Shown in pieces: positions 1 through 8,513 of a DNA stretch of 64,000 nt; position 1 is the first letter of the stretch, and each line of letters begins with the position of its first letter. A program made the translations under genes and the position numbers. Origin of the DNA: an uncultured Capnocytophaga sp. (lineage in GTDB: Bacteria; Bacteroidota; Bacteroidia; Flavobacteriales; Flavobacteriaceae); contig CAUREJ010000003.1 of assembly GCA_963523735.1 (NCBI GenBank), forward strand, positions 1,086 through 65,085, written 5' to 3'. The notes beneath the pieces were generated by a model. The model was not told the origin of the DNA. It made no database searches and saw only the letters and a list, made by a program, of their open reading frames with translations.

Positions 1-296
1 ATGGAGAAGCATTCTGGCTTGATGACAGCCCTGAACTCTGTAAAGAGTATCGAGAAATGGCTATTCCTTATCATTTGAGAATTTTTACATTACAATATGG
101 CGCAAGATTTGAATTTGATGATACAGAAATGATGACATTGTTTGAAAAAATAAGCAAGAAGTATCCTGAGGAGCCGTTTGAAATAGTATTTAAACCTAAG
201 TTTATGTATAGAACGTATGATGTTTTTGTACGCTGTAAAGGCGAAGAGTTTCCGTTAGAAAAATGCAGTTTAAAAAATGTTTGGGGAAAAGATTAA
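1..296 (+). CDS. 3' end of a hypothetical protein (resembles DUF2931-type lipoprotein C-terminus); gene starts upstream of the window
   Basis: Frame is open from base 3 (GEAFWLDDSPELCKEYRE-MAIPYHL...) to TAA at 296; family call from recall only. Confidence 0.5.
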   Translation, partial: GEAFWLDDSPELCKEYREMAIPYHLRIFTLQYGARFEFDDTEMMTLFEKISKKYPEEPFEIVFKPKFMYRTYDVFVRCKGEEFPLEKCSLKNVWGKD

Positions 297-305
297 CTAT
301 CCCCT

Positions 306-333
306 CGCTGGCGCGAGCTTCTAGCTCGTGTCC
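306..333. repeat. REP-like palindrome (CGCTGGCGCGAGC-TTCTA-GCTCGTG)
   Basis: Hairpin CGAGC/GCTCG with a CGCTGGCGC tail, just after a stop codon; resembles flavobacterial REP elements. Confidence 0.5.
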
Positions 334-341
334 CTGCCTAA

Positions 342-430
342 CCCCTCAAACCTATCGGAGCTTTAGATTTGTCAGACAATTTTGCCCCGTTTTGCCTGCT
401 AGCGACCAGCGACTAAAAACTAACAACTAA
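342..430 (+). repeat. Dispersed intergenic repeat ending in GACTAA heptamers (near-identical copy at about 43900-43985)
   Basis: cctatcggRgctttagatttgtYagacaattttgccccgttttgcctgctagcgac is shared with 43910-43965. Confidence 0.85.
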
Positions 431-487
431 TTTTTGTTATTCAAAAAAACATTCGTATTTTTGTCCCAAAAATTAATCTTTTTCAAG

Positions 488-1792
488 ATGAAAGAAGTGA
501 AAAACAAGAATAAGTGGCTTACAATCACCACAGTAGGATTTGCACTTTTTGCAATGTTCTTTGGGGCAGGAAATCTTATTTTACCTCCTTTCATAGGCTT
601 GCAAACAGCCGAAAACTGGGCTATAGCCCTCTTAGGATTCTTCATTACAGCCATTATTGCCCCTTTTTTAGGAGTGTTAATGGTAGCCAAAGTAGGCACC
701 CATTTCACCGATTTAAGCCAAAATATAAGCGGACTATTCATAAAATTACTCACATTAGTCATTATCCTTTGCATAGGACCCCTAATAGCCATTCCGCGAA
801 CAGGAGCCACTACTTTCGAGGTAGGAATACAACCCTTATTGCCAAATTTTAGTAAAATACTGTTTTTATTACTGTTTTTCGGGGTAGTTTTACTTCTTTC
901 TATCTCAAAAGCCAAAATAGTAGCCATCATAGGCAGATATTTAACCCCCTTTCTGTTGTTTGTACTCTTGCTACTCATCGTTTTAGGGGTAGTAATGCCC
1001 ATTAGCGAGGTGCAAACTACTACTTTAACCCCCCAAGGGAGCTTTGTACTCGGCTTTACCGAAGGCTATCAAACAATGGACGTGCTGGCATCGGTAATCT
1101 TTGCAGGCATCGTCATAGGAGCCATAAGTAACAGCGGTTACCACCAAGCCCAGCAGCGCACCCATATCACACTGTGGTCAGGGGTAGTATCCACCTTGTG
1201 CCTGCTCTTCATCTACGGCGGACTCATCTATCTCGGGGCTACTTCCGGCTACCCCTTCTCCGAAAAAGTACAGCGTACCAAGTTGTTGTTGCACATATCG
1301 CATTCCGTTTTGGGGCATTGGGGCACTATGGCAATAGCAGTAGCTATAGGCTTTGCCTGCCTTACTACAGCCATCGCATTAACTTCGGCAGTAGGTGATT
1401 TTTTTGAAGAGTTCACCAAAGGAAAGATAAGTTATAAAGTAGGCGTTGTGTTATGCACTTTAGTGTCGGTAATCCTCTCGGTTAATAGTGTCGATGCTAT
1501 TATCCAGTACGCCGGACTCATACTCTTATTCTTGTACCCCATAGTATTTACCATTATACTGTATGAATTGTTGTTCAGTAATTTTGTGCGCAACCGGATT
1601 GCCTATTTGGTAAGTATAGCCATTACAGCAGTAGTGTCGGCAATAGCAATAGCCGAGCATTTGAACCTACCTTTAGGCAGTTTGTACCAGTTTAGGCAAT
1701 GGCTGCCACTAAGCAGCTATCAGTTAGAATGGGTACTACCCTCATTAATAGGGTTCTTAATAACAACCATTTTTGTAAAAATTAAAAAATAA
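488..1792 (+). CDS. brnQ: Branched-chain amino acid transport system II carrier protein
   Basis: FAMFFGAGNLILPP, IGPLIAIPRT and GYQTMDVLAS motifs; about 12 TM segments; ATG at 488 follows a TATTTTTG promoter motif. Confidence 0.95.
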   Translation: MKEVKNKNKWLTITTVGFALFAMFFGAGNLILPPFIGLQTAENWAIALLGFFITAIIAPFLGVLMVAKVGTHFTDLSQNISGLFIKLLTLVIILCIGPLIAIPRTGATTFEVGIQPLLPNFSKILFLLLFFGVVLLLSISKAKIVAIIGRYLTPFLLFVLLLLIVLGVVMPISEVQTTTLTPQGSFVLGFTEGYQTMDVLASVIFAGIVIGAISNSGYHQAQQRTHITLWSGVVSTLCLLFIYGGLIYLGATSGYPFSEKVQRTKLLLHISHSVLGHWGTMAIAVAIGFACLTTAIALTSAVGDFFEEFTKGKISYKVGVVLCTLVSVILSVNSVDAIIQYAGLILLFLYPIVFTIILYELLFSNFVRNRIAYLVSIAITAVVSAIAIAEHLNLPLGSLYQFRQWLPLSSYQLEWVLPSLIGFLITTIFVKIKK

Positions 1793-1796
1793 CTAT

Positions 1797-2867
1797 ATGA
1801 AAATTTATTATTACTGCCTGATAGCTTTAGGAATGTTGCTATCGTGTGAAACAGGCACTAAGAAAGATAAAGAAGAAGATGAAACCGCCCTACAGCAGTT
1901 ATTGCCCGAAACAGCCGCTCAAGTAACCGTTATGCCGCTGCAAACAAAGGTTTTTACGCACGAATTGCTGAGCAATGGCAAGCTACAAGCAGGTCAGTCG
2001 GTAGTATTACAGTTCAAGGCAACAGAAAAGATAGCTCATATTTACGTAAAAAACGGCGATAAAGTAACCGCAGGGCAAACCATAGCAGCCTTGGAACTCT
2101 TCCCCTTTCAAAACAAACTACAACAAGCCACCGACGAGCTAAAACGCAGCGGCTTAGACCTTCAAGATGCTCTTATATCACAAGGATTTAAAATAAAGGA
2201 TTCAGCTTCCATACCCCCTGCCACCTTCCAGATGCTCAAGGTTAAAAGTGGCTATAACCGCGCCAAGAACAACTATGAACTCGCCCTTTTTGATTACCAA
2301 AACGCTACCCTAAAAACCCCCATAGCAGGCACCGTAGCCAACCTTAACAGCAAAGAAAACACTTACCCCAATGCAGGCACTCCTTTCTGCAATATAGTCA
2401 ATTTCCAAAACACCGAAGTAGCTTTCTCTATTATGGAAAGTGAATTAGGGTTAGTACATATCGGCGATGCTGTAAAGGTTACCCCCTTCTCAATGCCCGA
2501 AGTGAAAATGCAAGGCAAGATAACCGAAATAAACCCTTGGGTAGATAGCAACGGAATGGTACAGCTAAAAGCCTCAGTAAGCTATCACCCCCAAATGGTA
2601 GAGGGAATGAGCGTGCGAGTAAGCATTTTCCGCGAAGTAGAAAAACAATGGGTAGTACCTAAGCAGGCGGTGGTATTGCGCACCAATAGGAAAGTAGTTT
2701 TTTCACTAAAAGATGGCAAAGCCTATTGGCATTATGTTGAAACAGGCTTAGAGAACGCCACCCAGTACACCATTACTAGTGAAACCCTAAAAGAAGGCGA
2801 TACAATTATCACATCGGGGAATATAAATTTAGCACACGAATCGCCGGTAGTAGTGCAAAAACAATAA
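1797..2867 (+). CDS. RND efflux periplasmic adaptor (membrane fusion) lipoprotein
   Basis: Lipobox LLSC; lipoyl half-motifs VKNGDKVTAGQ and LKTPIAGTV; C-terminal VPKQAVV...VETG. Confidence 0.88.
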   Translation: MKIYYYCLIALGMLLSCETGTKKDKEEDETALQQLLPETAAQVTVMPLQTKVFTHELLSNGKLQAGQSVVLQFKATEKIAHIYVKNGDKVTAGQTIAALELFPFQNKLQQATDELKRSGLDLQDALISQGFKIKDSASIPPATFQMLKVKSGYNRAKNNYELALFDYQNATLKTPIAGTVANLNSKENTYPNAGTPFCNIVNFQNTEVAFSIMESELGLVHIGDAVKVTPFSMPEVKMQGKITEINPWVDSNGMVQLKASVSYHPQMVEGMSVRVSIFREVEKQWVVPKQAVVLRTNRKVVFSLKDGKAYWHYVETGLENATQYTITSETLKEGDTIITSGNINLAHESPVVVQKQ

Positions 2868-2922
2868 ATTGGCATAGTTTTTGAGTTAAATATAAGTAGA
2901 ATATAACAGAAATAAGATACAA

Positions 2923-3351
2923 ATGAAGAAGATACTTTTGGCAATGGCAGCGGTAGCTATGCTTAGCAGCTGTGGTAACAGTAAGAACGCTGTGGCTTAT
3001 AGCATTGCTCAGAACTATTTTGTAAATAACACATTTGGAAATAAAGAAGTCGAAACGCTGAAAATAGATACCCAATCGGAGTTTAATAAGGTTTTTGGTA
3101 CAGCTACAACTATGAGCAGTCGCCCTACTACTATTGATTTTAGCAAGCAATCGGTATTGGCAATTGTAGCTCCTGCCAGCAATAAGGAAATAACTATCCG
3201 CATTAAGGCGTTAGAGACTACCCTTACTAATGGTATCTTGGTAAAATACACTATTGATGAGGGGAAAGACTTGGGCTATACGGCTCAATCATCGGAAGTG
3301 CTTATTGTGAATAAAACGGATAAGGAAGTGCTTTTCCGAGAAGTGTACTAA
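2923..3351 (+). CDS. Hypothetical lipoprotein (PrcB C-terminal-like)
   Basis: Lipobox LSSC; PTTIDFSKQSVLAI motif. Confidence 0.65.
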   Translation: MKKILLAMAAVAMLSSCGNSKNAVAYSIAQNYFVNNTFGNKEVETLKIDTQSEFNKVFGTATTMSSRPTTIDFSKQSVLAIVAPASNKEITIRIKALETTLTNGILVKYTIDEGKDLGYTAQSSEVLIVNKTDKEVLFREVY

Positions 3352-3384
3352 AGAAAAAAAATCGCTATTATATTTATATTGTTC

Positions 3385-3425
3385 AAAAAAAAAGCGTGCG
3401 CTGTTTAGCGACACGCTTTTTTTTG
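3385..3425. terminator. Bidirectional intrinsic terminator
   Basis: A-run + GCGTG..CGCT/AGCG..CACGC + T-run between convergent genes. Confidence 0.8.
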
Positions 3426-3428
3426 TGC

Positions 3429-4700
3429 TTATAATCGATAGGTGTTTTTAGCAGGAGGTAGCTTCCCTTTTACATCATAAATGATGCCTTGTGGTGTTAG
3501 GTACTCACTTATATTGAGCTGTAATAGCTGGGTGTGTGGCACACAAAGTACTATCACATCATTGTGAGTAGGGAGCTGCGCTGGGTTGGTAAGTACGCTT
3601 ATGCCGTACTCACGCTGTGCGTGGTTAGCCGATACAAGAGGGTCATACACGGTAAGGTTATTGGTAAAGTTTTCGAGGGTGCGGTAAATATCAATGACTT
3701 TGGTATTGCGCAGGTCGGGACAGTTTTCTTTAAAAGTGAAACCTAAGAGGAGTATCTGGCTGTTTTTCACCACTACCCCTTGTTGGCATAACAGATTGAT
3801 GATTTGGTAGGCTATATATCCGCCCATAGAGTCGTTGGTTTTGCGTGCTTCCATCATTAGGCGAGGTGATAGTCCGTGTAGTTTGGCTTTTTGTATCAGG
3901 TAATAAGGATCAACGCCTATGCAATGCCCTCCTACAAGTCCTGGTTGGAAGGGTAGGAAGTTCCACTTGCTGCTGGCAGCTTGTATTACGGCTTGGGTAT
4001 CGATATTGAGGAGGTTGCAGATTTTGGCTATTTCGTTCATAAAGGCGATATTCACATCGCGTTGGGCATTCTCGATTACTTTTGCCATTTCGGCTACTTT
4101 GATGCTGGGTGCGGGGTAGGTGCCTGCTGTAAGTACTGAGTTGTAAAGGGTATCTATTTCGGCAGCAATGGCAGGGGTAGAGCCTGAGGTTATTTTGCAG
4201 ATGTTTTCTACCTTGTGCTGCTTGTCGCCAGGGTTTATGCGTTCGGGTGAGTAGCCTACAAAGAATTGGCTATTATAAGTGAGGGCTGATACGCTGGCTA
4301 ATATGGGTACGCATACTTCTTCGGTAACACCTGGGTATACGGTGGATTCGTAAATAACGATGTCGCCTTCTTTAAGCAGGGTGGCTACTGTGTGGCTGGC
4401 ACTTCGCAGGGCGGTGAGGTCGGGTTGTTGGTACAGGTCGATGGGGGTGGGTACGGCTATGATATAGACGTTACAGTCCTTTAACAGGGTGGGGTTGGTG
4501 GTGCAGCTGAGGTTGGTGCTTAGGTGTTTTTGGAGGGTATGGGGGTCTATTTCGGCAGTGCTATCATTGCCGGCATTGAGTTGTTCTACACGTTCTTGGT
4601 AGGGGTCATACCCTATGGTGGTGTATTTTTTGGCGAAGAGGCAGGCGAGGGGGAAGCCTACATAGCCAAGCCCTATGATGCCTATTTTGTATGTTTTCAT
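3429..4700 (-). CDS. Nucleotide-sugar dehydrogenase (UDP-GlcNAc/GalNAc 6-dehydrogenase, WbpO/TviB-like)
   Basis: GLGYVG Rossmann motif, ESTVYPGVTEE, YSPERINPG, GGHCIGVDPYY. Confidence 0.92.
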   Translation of the reverse strand: MKTYKIGIIGLGYVGFPLACLFAKKYTTIGYDPYQERVEQLNAGNDSTAEIDPHTLQKHLSTNLSCTTNPTLLKDCNVYIIAVPTPIDLYQQPDLTALRSASHTVATLLKEGDIVIYESTVYPGVTEEVCVPILASVSALTYNSQFFVGYSPERINPGDKQHKVENICKITSGSTPAIAAEIDTLYNSVLTAGTYPAPSIKVAEMAKVIENAQRDVNIAFMNEIAKICNLLNIDTQAVIQAASSKWNFLPFQPGLVGGHCIGVDPYYLIQKAKLHGLSPRLMMEARKTNDSMGGYIAYQIINLLCQQGVVVKNSQILLLGFTFKENCPDLRNTKVIDIYRTLENFTNNLTVYDPLVSANHAQREYGISVLTNPAQLPTHNDVIVLCVPHTQLLQLNISEYLTPQGIIYDVKGKLPPAKNTYRL

Positions 4701-4702
4701 TT

Positions 4703-5938
4703 CTATCCTTCTAAATTGTACTGTTTTATTTTTCGGTATAGGGTTCGCTCGGAAATGCCGAGTGACTTGGCGGCTTCTTTTCGTTTGCCGTCATTACGAT
4801 CGAGTGATTTGGCTATCATTTCTTTTTCTTGTTCTTGGAGTGAAAAGCGTTCTTCTTCGGTGGCTTCGTCGATGTAATCATAATCGATGTTAATGGGCAG
4901 TGTTTCTTTGGTTCGGGTGGGTTCGGGGTATAGGGGGTGGTTGTTCTCATTGCCGTAAATGCGGTGTATGAGGACTTGGTTTTCTTGCTGTACTTGGGGT
5001 GAGTTTCCGTTTTCGAGCAGTTCGAGGGTTAGTTTTTTCAGGTCGTTAATATCGTTACGCATATCGAACAGTACTTTGTATAGGATTTCACGTTCGTTGG
5101 CGAAATCGGTATCGGTGCGTGTGGCTTGTGGTACGACGGTGGGTAGGTTAGCGCCTTCGTGTGGGAGGTAACTGTGTAAGGTGGGGGCGTTAATGTCTCG
5201 TTTTTGTTCTAATACGGATAATTGCTCGGCAACGTTTCGCAATTGGCGTATGTTACCGCTCCAGCGATAGTTGGTGAGCATTTGTACGGCATCATCGGCA
5301 AGCTTGATAGGAGGCATTTTGTACTTGGTGGCGAAATCGGAGGCGAATTTTCGGAACAGGAGGTGTATGTCGTCTTTTCGTTCGCGCAAGGGAGGTAGGT
5401 GTATTTCGACAGTGCTGAGGCGGTAGTACAGGTCTTCACGGAATCGTCCTTTTTTGATGGCTTCTTGCATATTGACGTTGGTGGCTGCTACTATACGTAC
5501 GTTGGTTTTTTGTACGATAGAAGAGCCTACTTTGATGAACTCGCCGTTTTCGAGCACTCGTAACAATCGGACTTGTGTGGTGAGGGGTAGCTCACCTACT
5601 TCGTCGAGGAAGATAGTACCCCCGTCGGCTTCTTCAAAATATCCGTTTCGGGCGGCTGTGGCACCTGTGAAGGCACCTTTTTCGTGTCCGAATAGTTCGG
5701 AGTCGATAGTTCCTTCGGGTATTGCGCCGCAGTTCACGGCTATGTATTTTCCGTGCTTGCGCAGGGATAATGAGTGTATGATTTTGGGTATAGCTTCTTT
5801 GCCCACGCCGCTTTCGCCGGTGATGAGTACGGATATATCGGTAGGGGCTACCTGTATGGCTTTTTCGATGGCGCGATTTAGCTTGGGGTCGTTACCTATG
5901 ATGCCAAAACGTTGTTTTATTGTTTGTATGTTTTCCAT
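4703..5938 (-). CDS. Sigma-54-interacting AAA+ transcriptional regulator with Fis-type HTH
   Basis: GESGVGKE, ELFGHEKGAFTGA, FLDEVGE, LGISERTLYRK. Confidence 0.95.
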   Translation of the reverse strand: MENIQTIKQRFGIIGNDPKLNRAIEKAIQVAPTDISVLITGESGVGKEAIPKIIHSLSLRKHGKYIAVNCGAIPEGTIDSELFGHEKGAFTGATAARNGYFEEADGGTIFLDEVGELPLTTQVRLLRVLENGEFIKVGSSIVQKTNVRIVAATNVNMQEAIKKGRFREDLYYRLSTVEIHLPPLRERKDDIHLLFRKFASDFATKYKMPPIKLADDAVQMLTNYRWSGNIRQLRNVAEQLSVLEQKRDINAPTLHSYLPHEGANLPTVVPQATRTDTDFANEREILYKVLFDMRNDINDLKKLTLELLENGNSPQVQQENQVLIHRIYGNENNHPLYPEPTRTKETLPINIDYDYIDEATEEERFSLQEQEKEMIAKSLDRNDGKRKEAAKSLGISERTLYRKIKQYNLEG

Positions 5939-6004
5939 AGAGATAAATCAATTGACAATTATTTGTGAGGGGTGATACGGGCGTTTGGTACCCTGCTTGA
6001 ATTA

Positions 6005-6415
6005 CTATAGTAGTTTTACTTGTAAGAGTTCTCTTCCTATATCTCTGATGCCTTGCTGTATTTCTAAAAGGCGTTTTTCTGACGGATTACTTTTGCCTGT
6101 AGCGTATTTGCGCATCATTACAGGGCTTATAGCTACACGTCTTGCTAATTCAGCCATATTAAGCTCAGGCAACTGCTGACTAATACCATCCAATACTATT
6201 TCATATACAAAATCTACTCCTTTACTATACTTGTTTACAAAATCATAATCTTTATCTTTTTTGCATTCTTCTAAATGGAAAGTAAAGGCTTCTTGCATAT
6301 TGTGTTTTAGTTCTTCAAGGGTTTTGCCTTCGGCAACTATAATACCTTCGATATTTTCGGTATTTCCCCAATAAATACCTTTTTCTTTGCGTACAGTTAC
6401 TCTTATTTTTTTCAT
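6005..6415 (-). CDS. hicB: HicB-family antitoxin with C-terminal HTH
   Basis: N-terminal AEGKTLEELKHNMQEAFTFHLE HicB motif; C-terminal NMAELARRVAISPVMMRKYATG HTH. Confidence 0.85.
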   Translation of the reverse strand: MKKIRVTVRKEKGIYWGNTENIEGIIVAEGKTLEELKHNMQEAFTFHLEECKKDKDYDFVNKYSKGVDFVYEIVLDGISQQLPELNMAELARRVAISPVMMRKYATGKSNPSEKRLLEIQQGIRDIGRELLQVKLL

Positions 6416-6452
6416 ATTGTGATATTTTTTTTGTTCCCCCCCTCTTAAAGCA

Positions 6453-6615
6453 GGGGCTGTCTGAAAAGTTTTATTTATGTGGGCGTTTGCAAAACGCCCC
6501 TACATAACATACTACAAAAGTTGTTGATAATCAGAGTAATCAACTTTGCCAAAGTTTCAGACTTTGGCAAAGTGTAGCGACGCAAAAGTGATTTTGAGAC
6601 TTTTTGGACACCCTC
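6453..6615. mobile_element. About 163-bp MITE with IS1182-like terminal inverted repeats, carrying two internal palindromes
   Basis: Left end GGGGCTGTCTGAAAAGT; reverse complement of right end GAGGGTGTCCAAAAAGT; no transposase. Confidence 0.65.
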
Positions 6616-6662
6616 GCTTGCTTTAAGATAGAATTTACAGTGTCAATATCAGAGCTATTCAT
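6616..6662 (-). pseudogene. hicA: hicA toxin remnant (internal deletion, then MITE insertion)
   Basis: Translates as MNSSD-IDTVNSILKQA, i.e. a HicA-like start joined to the typical HicA end (..GTVNSILKQAGL); lies upstream of hicB and downstream of a TATCTTTG promoter motif (6684-6691, minus strand). Confidence 0.7.
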
Positions 6663-6806
6663 TGTGTTATCATTTTAACGGCGCAAAGATAGGTAACTTT
6701 TTTGTAACCTACAATGTTTTAGCAACTTTTTTATTAAAACGATTATTTTGTTAGGTTTCAGGTAGCGTGGGAAAATTGCGGAAAATGCAATGTTTTGGGG
6801 TTTTTG

Positions 6807-7036
6807 TTGCGAATAATGCAAAGTGAGAGGGTGGTATTTATACGCTTGATATTCAGTGGTATAACGCTTATCCTTCGCTCACCCTTCGCTCTGCCTTCGG
6901 TATGCCTTCGCTCAGGCTTCGTTACGGCTGTAAGATGCTTTTGGTGTCGTTTTTAGTCTAACAGGCTGGTTGTTAAGGGTTTGTGGTTTTTGGATACAAT
7001 GAGAAGTTTGGGAGGGGATTTTTGCAGTATTCGCAA
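6807..7036 (+). repeat. 230-bp IR-bounded element, copy 1
   Basis: TTGCGAATAATGCAAA ... TTTGCAGTATTCGCAA; five internal 11-bp CTTCG repeats. Confidence 0.9.
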
Positions 7037-7039
7037 AGA

Positions 7040-7155
7040 AAATGAGGAAATTAGCAAATGAGGAAATTAGCAAATGAGAAAATTAGCAAATGAGAAAATT
7101 AGCAAATGAGAAAATTAGCAAATGTGGAAATGTGGAAATGTGGAAATGCGCAAAT
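7040..7155 (+). repeat. Tandem 8/16-bp repeats (AAATGAGG/AAATTAGC, AAATGTGG)
   Basis: Directly visible tandem array. Confidence 0.9.
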
Positions 7156-7377
7156 GGTTTTGTTGAACAAATTGAGGTGTTTTTGGGGCTAACGACTAAA
7201 GACTAATTTGCTATTTGCTAATTAATTTGTACCTTTGCATTTTGTAATTAATAATTCCTGTGTGTTAGTTGCTTTGGCATCGGTGTTTTTTGCTTGCTTT
7301 GACGGCTTTGTAAGGCTTTTTATTCGGTTCGTAATGGGCTGTTAATGCGATGTTACACAGGAATAACGGATAAGAAT

Positions 7378-8451
7378 ATGAGTGATACACGGCGCGATAT
7401 ACGTGCCCTGAGCAGAGATGAACTGCGGGCTTTTTTTGAAGGCGTGGGCGATAAGGGTTTCCGCGGCAATCAGGTGTATGAATGGTTGTGGCAGAAGGGG
7501 GTGCATACTTTTGAGGAGATGACGTCTCTGCCTAAAACAACTCGTGAGATGCTGGCGGAACACTTCTGTATTAACCACATTAAGGTGGATGTGATGCAGC
7601 GTAGTAGCGATGGAACTATCAAAAACGCGGTGCGCTTGCACGATGGTTTGCTGGTGGAATCGGTGCTTATCCCGACGGATACGCGTACAACGGCTTGTGT
7701 ATCGAGTCAGGTGGGTTGTAGCTTGAACTGTGCTTTCTGCGCAACGGCTAAACTGAAACGGATGCGCAACCTTTTGCCTGATGAGATTTTTGACCAAGTG
7801 AAGGTGATTGATGAGCAGAGTAGAGCGTTTTTTGGCAGACCGCTATCGAACATTGTTTTTATGGGAATGGGCGAACCGCTGATGAACTATAACAATGTGC
7901 TGAAGGCGATAGAGAAAATTACATCGGCTGAGGGCTTGGGAATGTCGGCTAAACGGATTACGTTATCGACTTCGGGGGTTCCGAAATTGATTAGGAAAAT
8001 GGCTGATGACCAAGTGAAATTTAAGTTGGCGGTGTCATTGCATTCGGCTATAAGTGATGTTAGAACCGGAATTATGCCTTTTAACGAGCAGTTCCCCTTG
8101 GAAGAACTTAGAGATGCTTTGGCGTATTGGTACCAAAAGACTAAGAACCGTATTACTTATGAGTATGTGGTGTGGAAGGGTATTAATGACCAGAAGAAGG
8201 ATGTGGAGGCTTTGATTCGGTTCTGTAGATTTGCGCCGAGCAAGGTGAATTTGATAGAGTATAACCCTATAGATGACGGTGCTTTTAAGCAGGCTGACCC
8301 TAAGGCTTTGGAGATGTACCAAACGATGCTGGAGGCGGCAGGTATTACGGTAACGGTGCGGCACTCACGAGGGAAGGATATAGATGCGGCTTGTGGGCAG
8401 CTGGCTAATAAAGGGGCTGAAGCGATTGCTCCTAAAAGTGATAAGTTGTAA
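7378..8451 (+). CDS. rlmN: 23S rRNA m2A2503 methyltransferase RlmN
   Basis: CVSSQVGCSLNCAFCAT radical SAM motif, FMGMGEP, DIDAACGQL. Confidence 0.97.
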   Translation: MSDTRRDIRALSRDELRAFFEGVGDKGFRGNQVYEWLWQKGVHTFEEMTSLPKTTREMLAEHFCINHIKVDVMQRSSDGTIKNAVRLHDGLLVESVLIPTDTRTTACVSSQVGCSLNCAFCATAKLKRMRNLLPDEIFDQVKVIDEQSRAFFGRPLSNIVFMGMGEPLMNYNNVLKAIEKITSAEGLGMSAKRITLSTSGVPKLIRKMADDQVKFKLAVSLHSAISDVRTGIMPFNEQFPLEELRDALAYWYQKTKNRITYEYVVWKGINDQKKDVEALIRFCRFAPSKVNLIEYNPIDDGAFKQADPKALEMYQTMLEAAGITVTVRHSRGKDIDAACGQLANKGAEAIAPKSDKL

Positions 8452-8513
8452 AGAAAAAAGAATGGTCTGCTTTTGAGACTGATTGGATATATTTGTTTGA
8501 CATTATTTATTGA

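Noticed and set aside
427..1002. 191-aa ORF antisense to brnQ, and similar overlapping ORFs throughout the track
   Set aside because: They overlap well-supported genes and have no recognisable motifs.
7040..7155. Possible CRISPR array (also 44262-44366 and 23622-23670)
   Set aside because: Units are 7-16 bp and contiguous, with no unique spacers and no cas genes.
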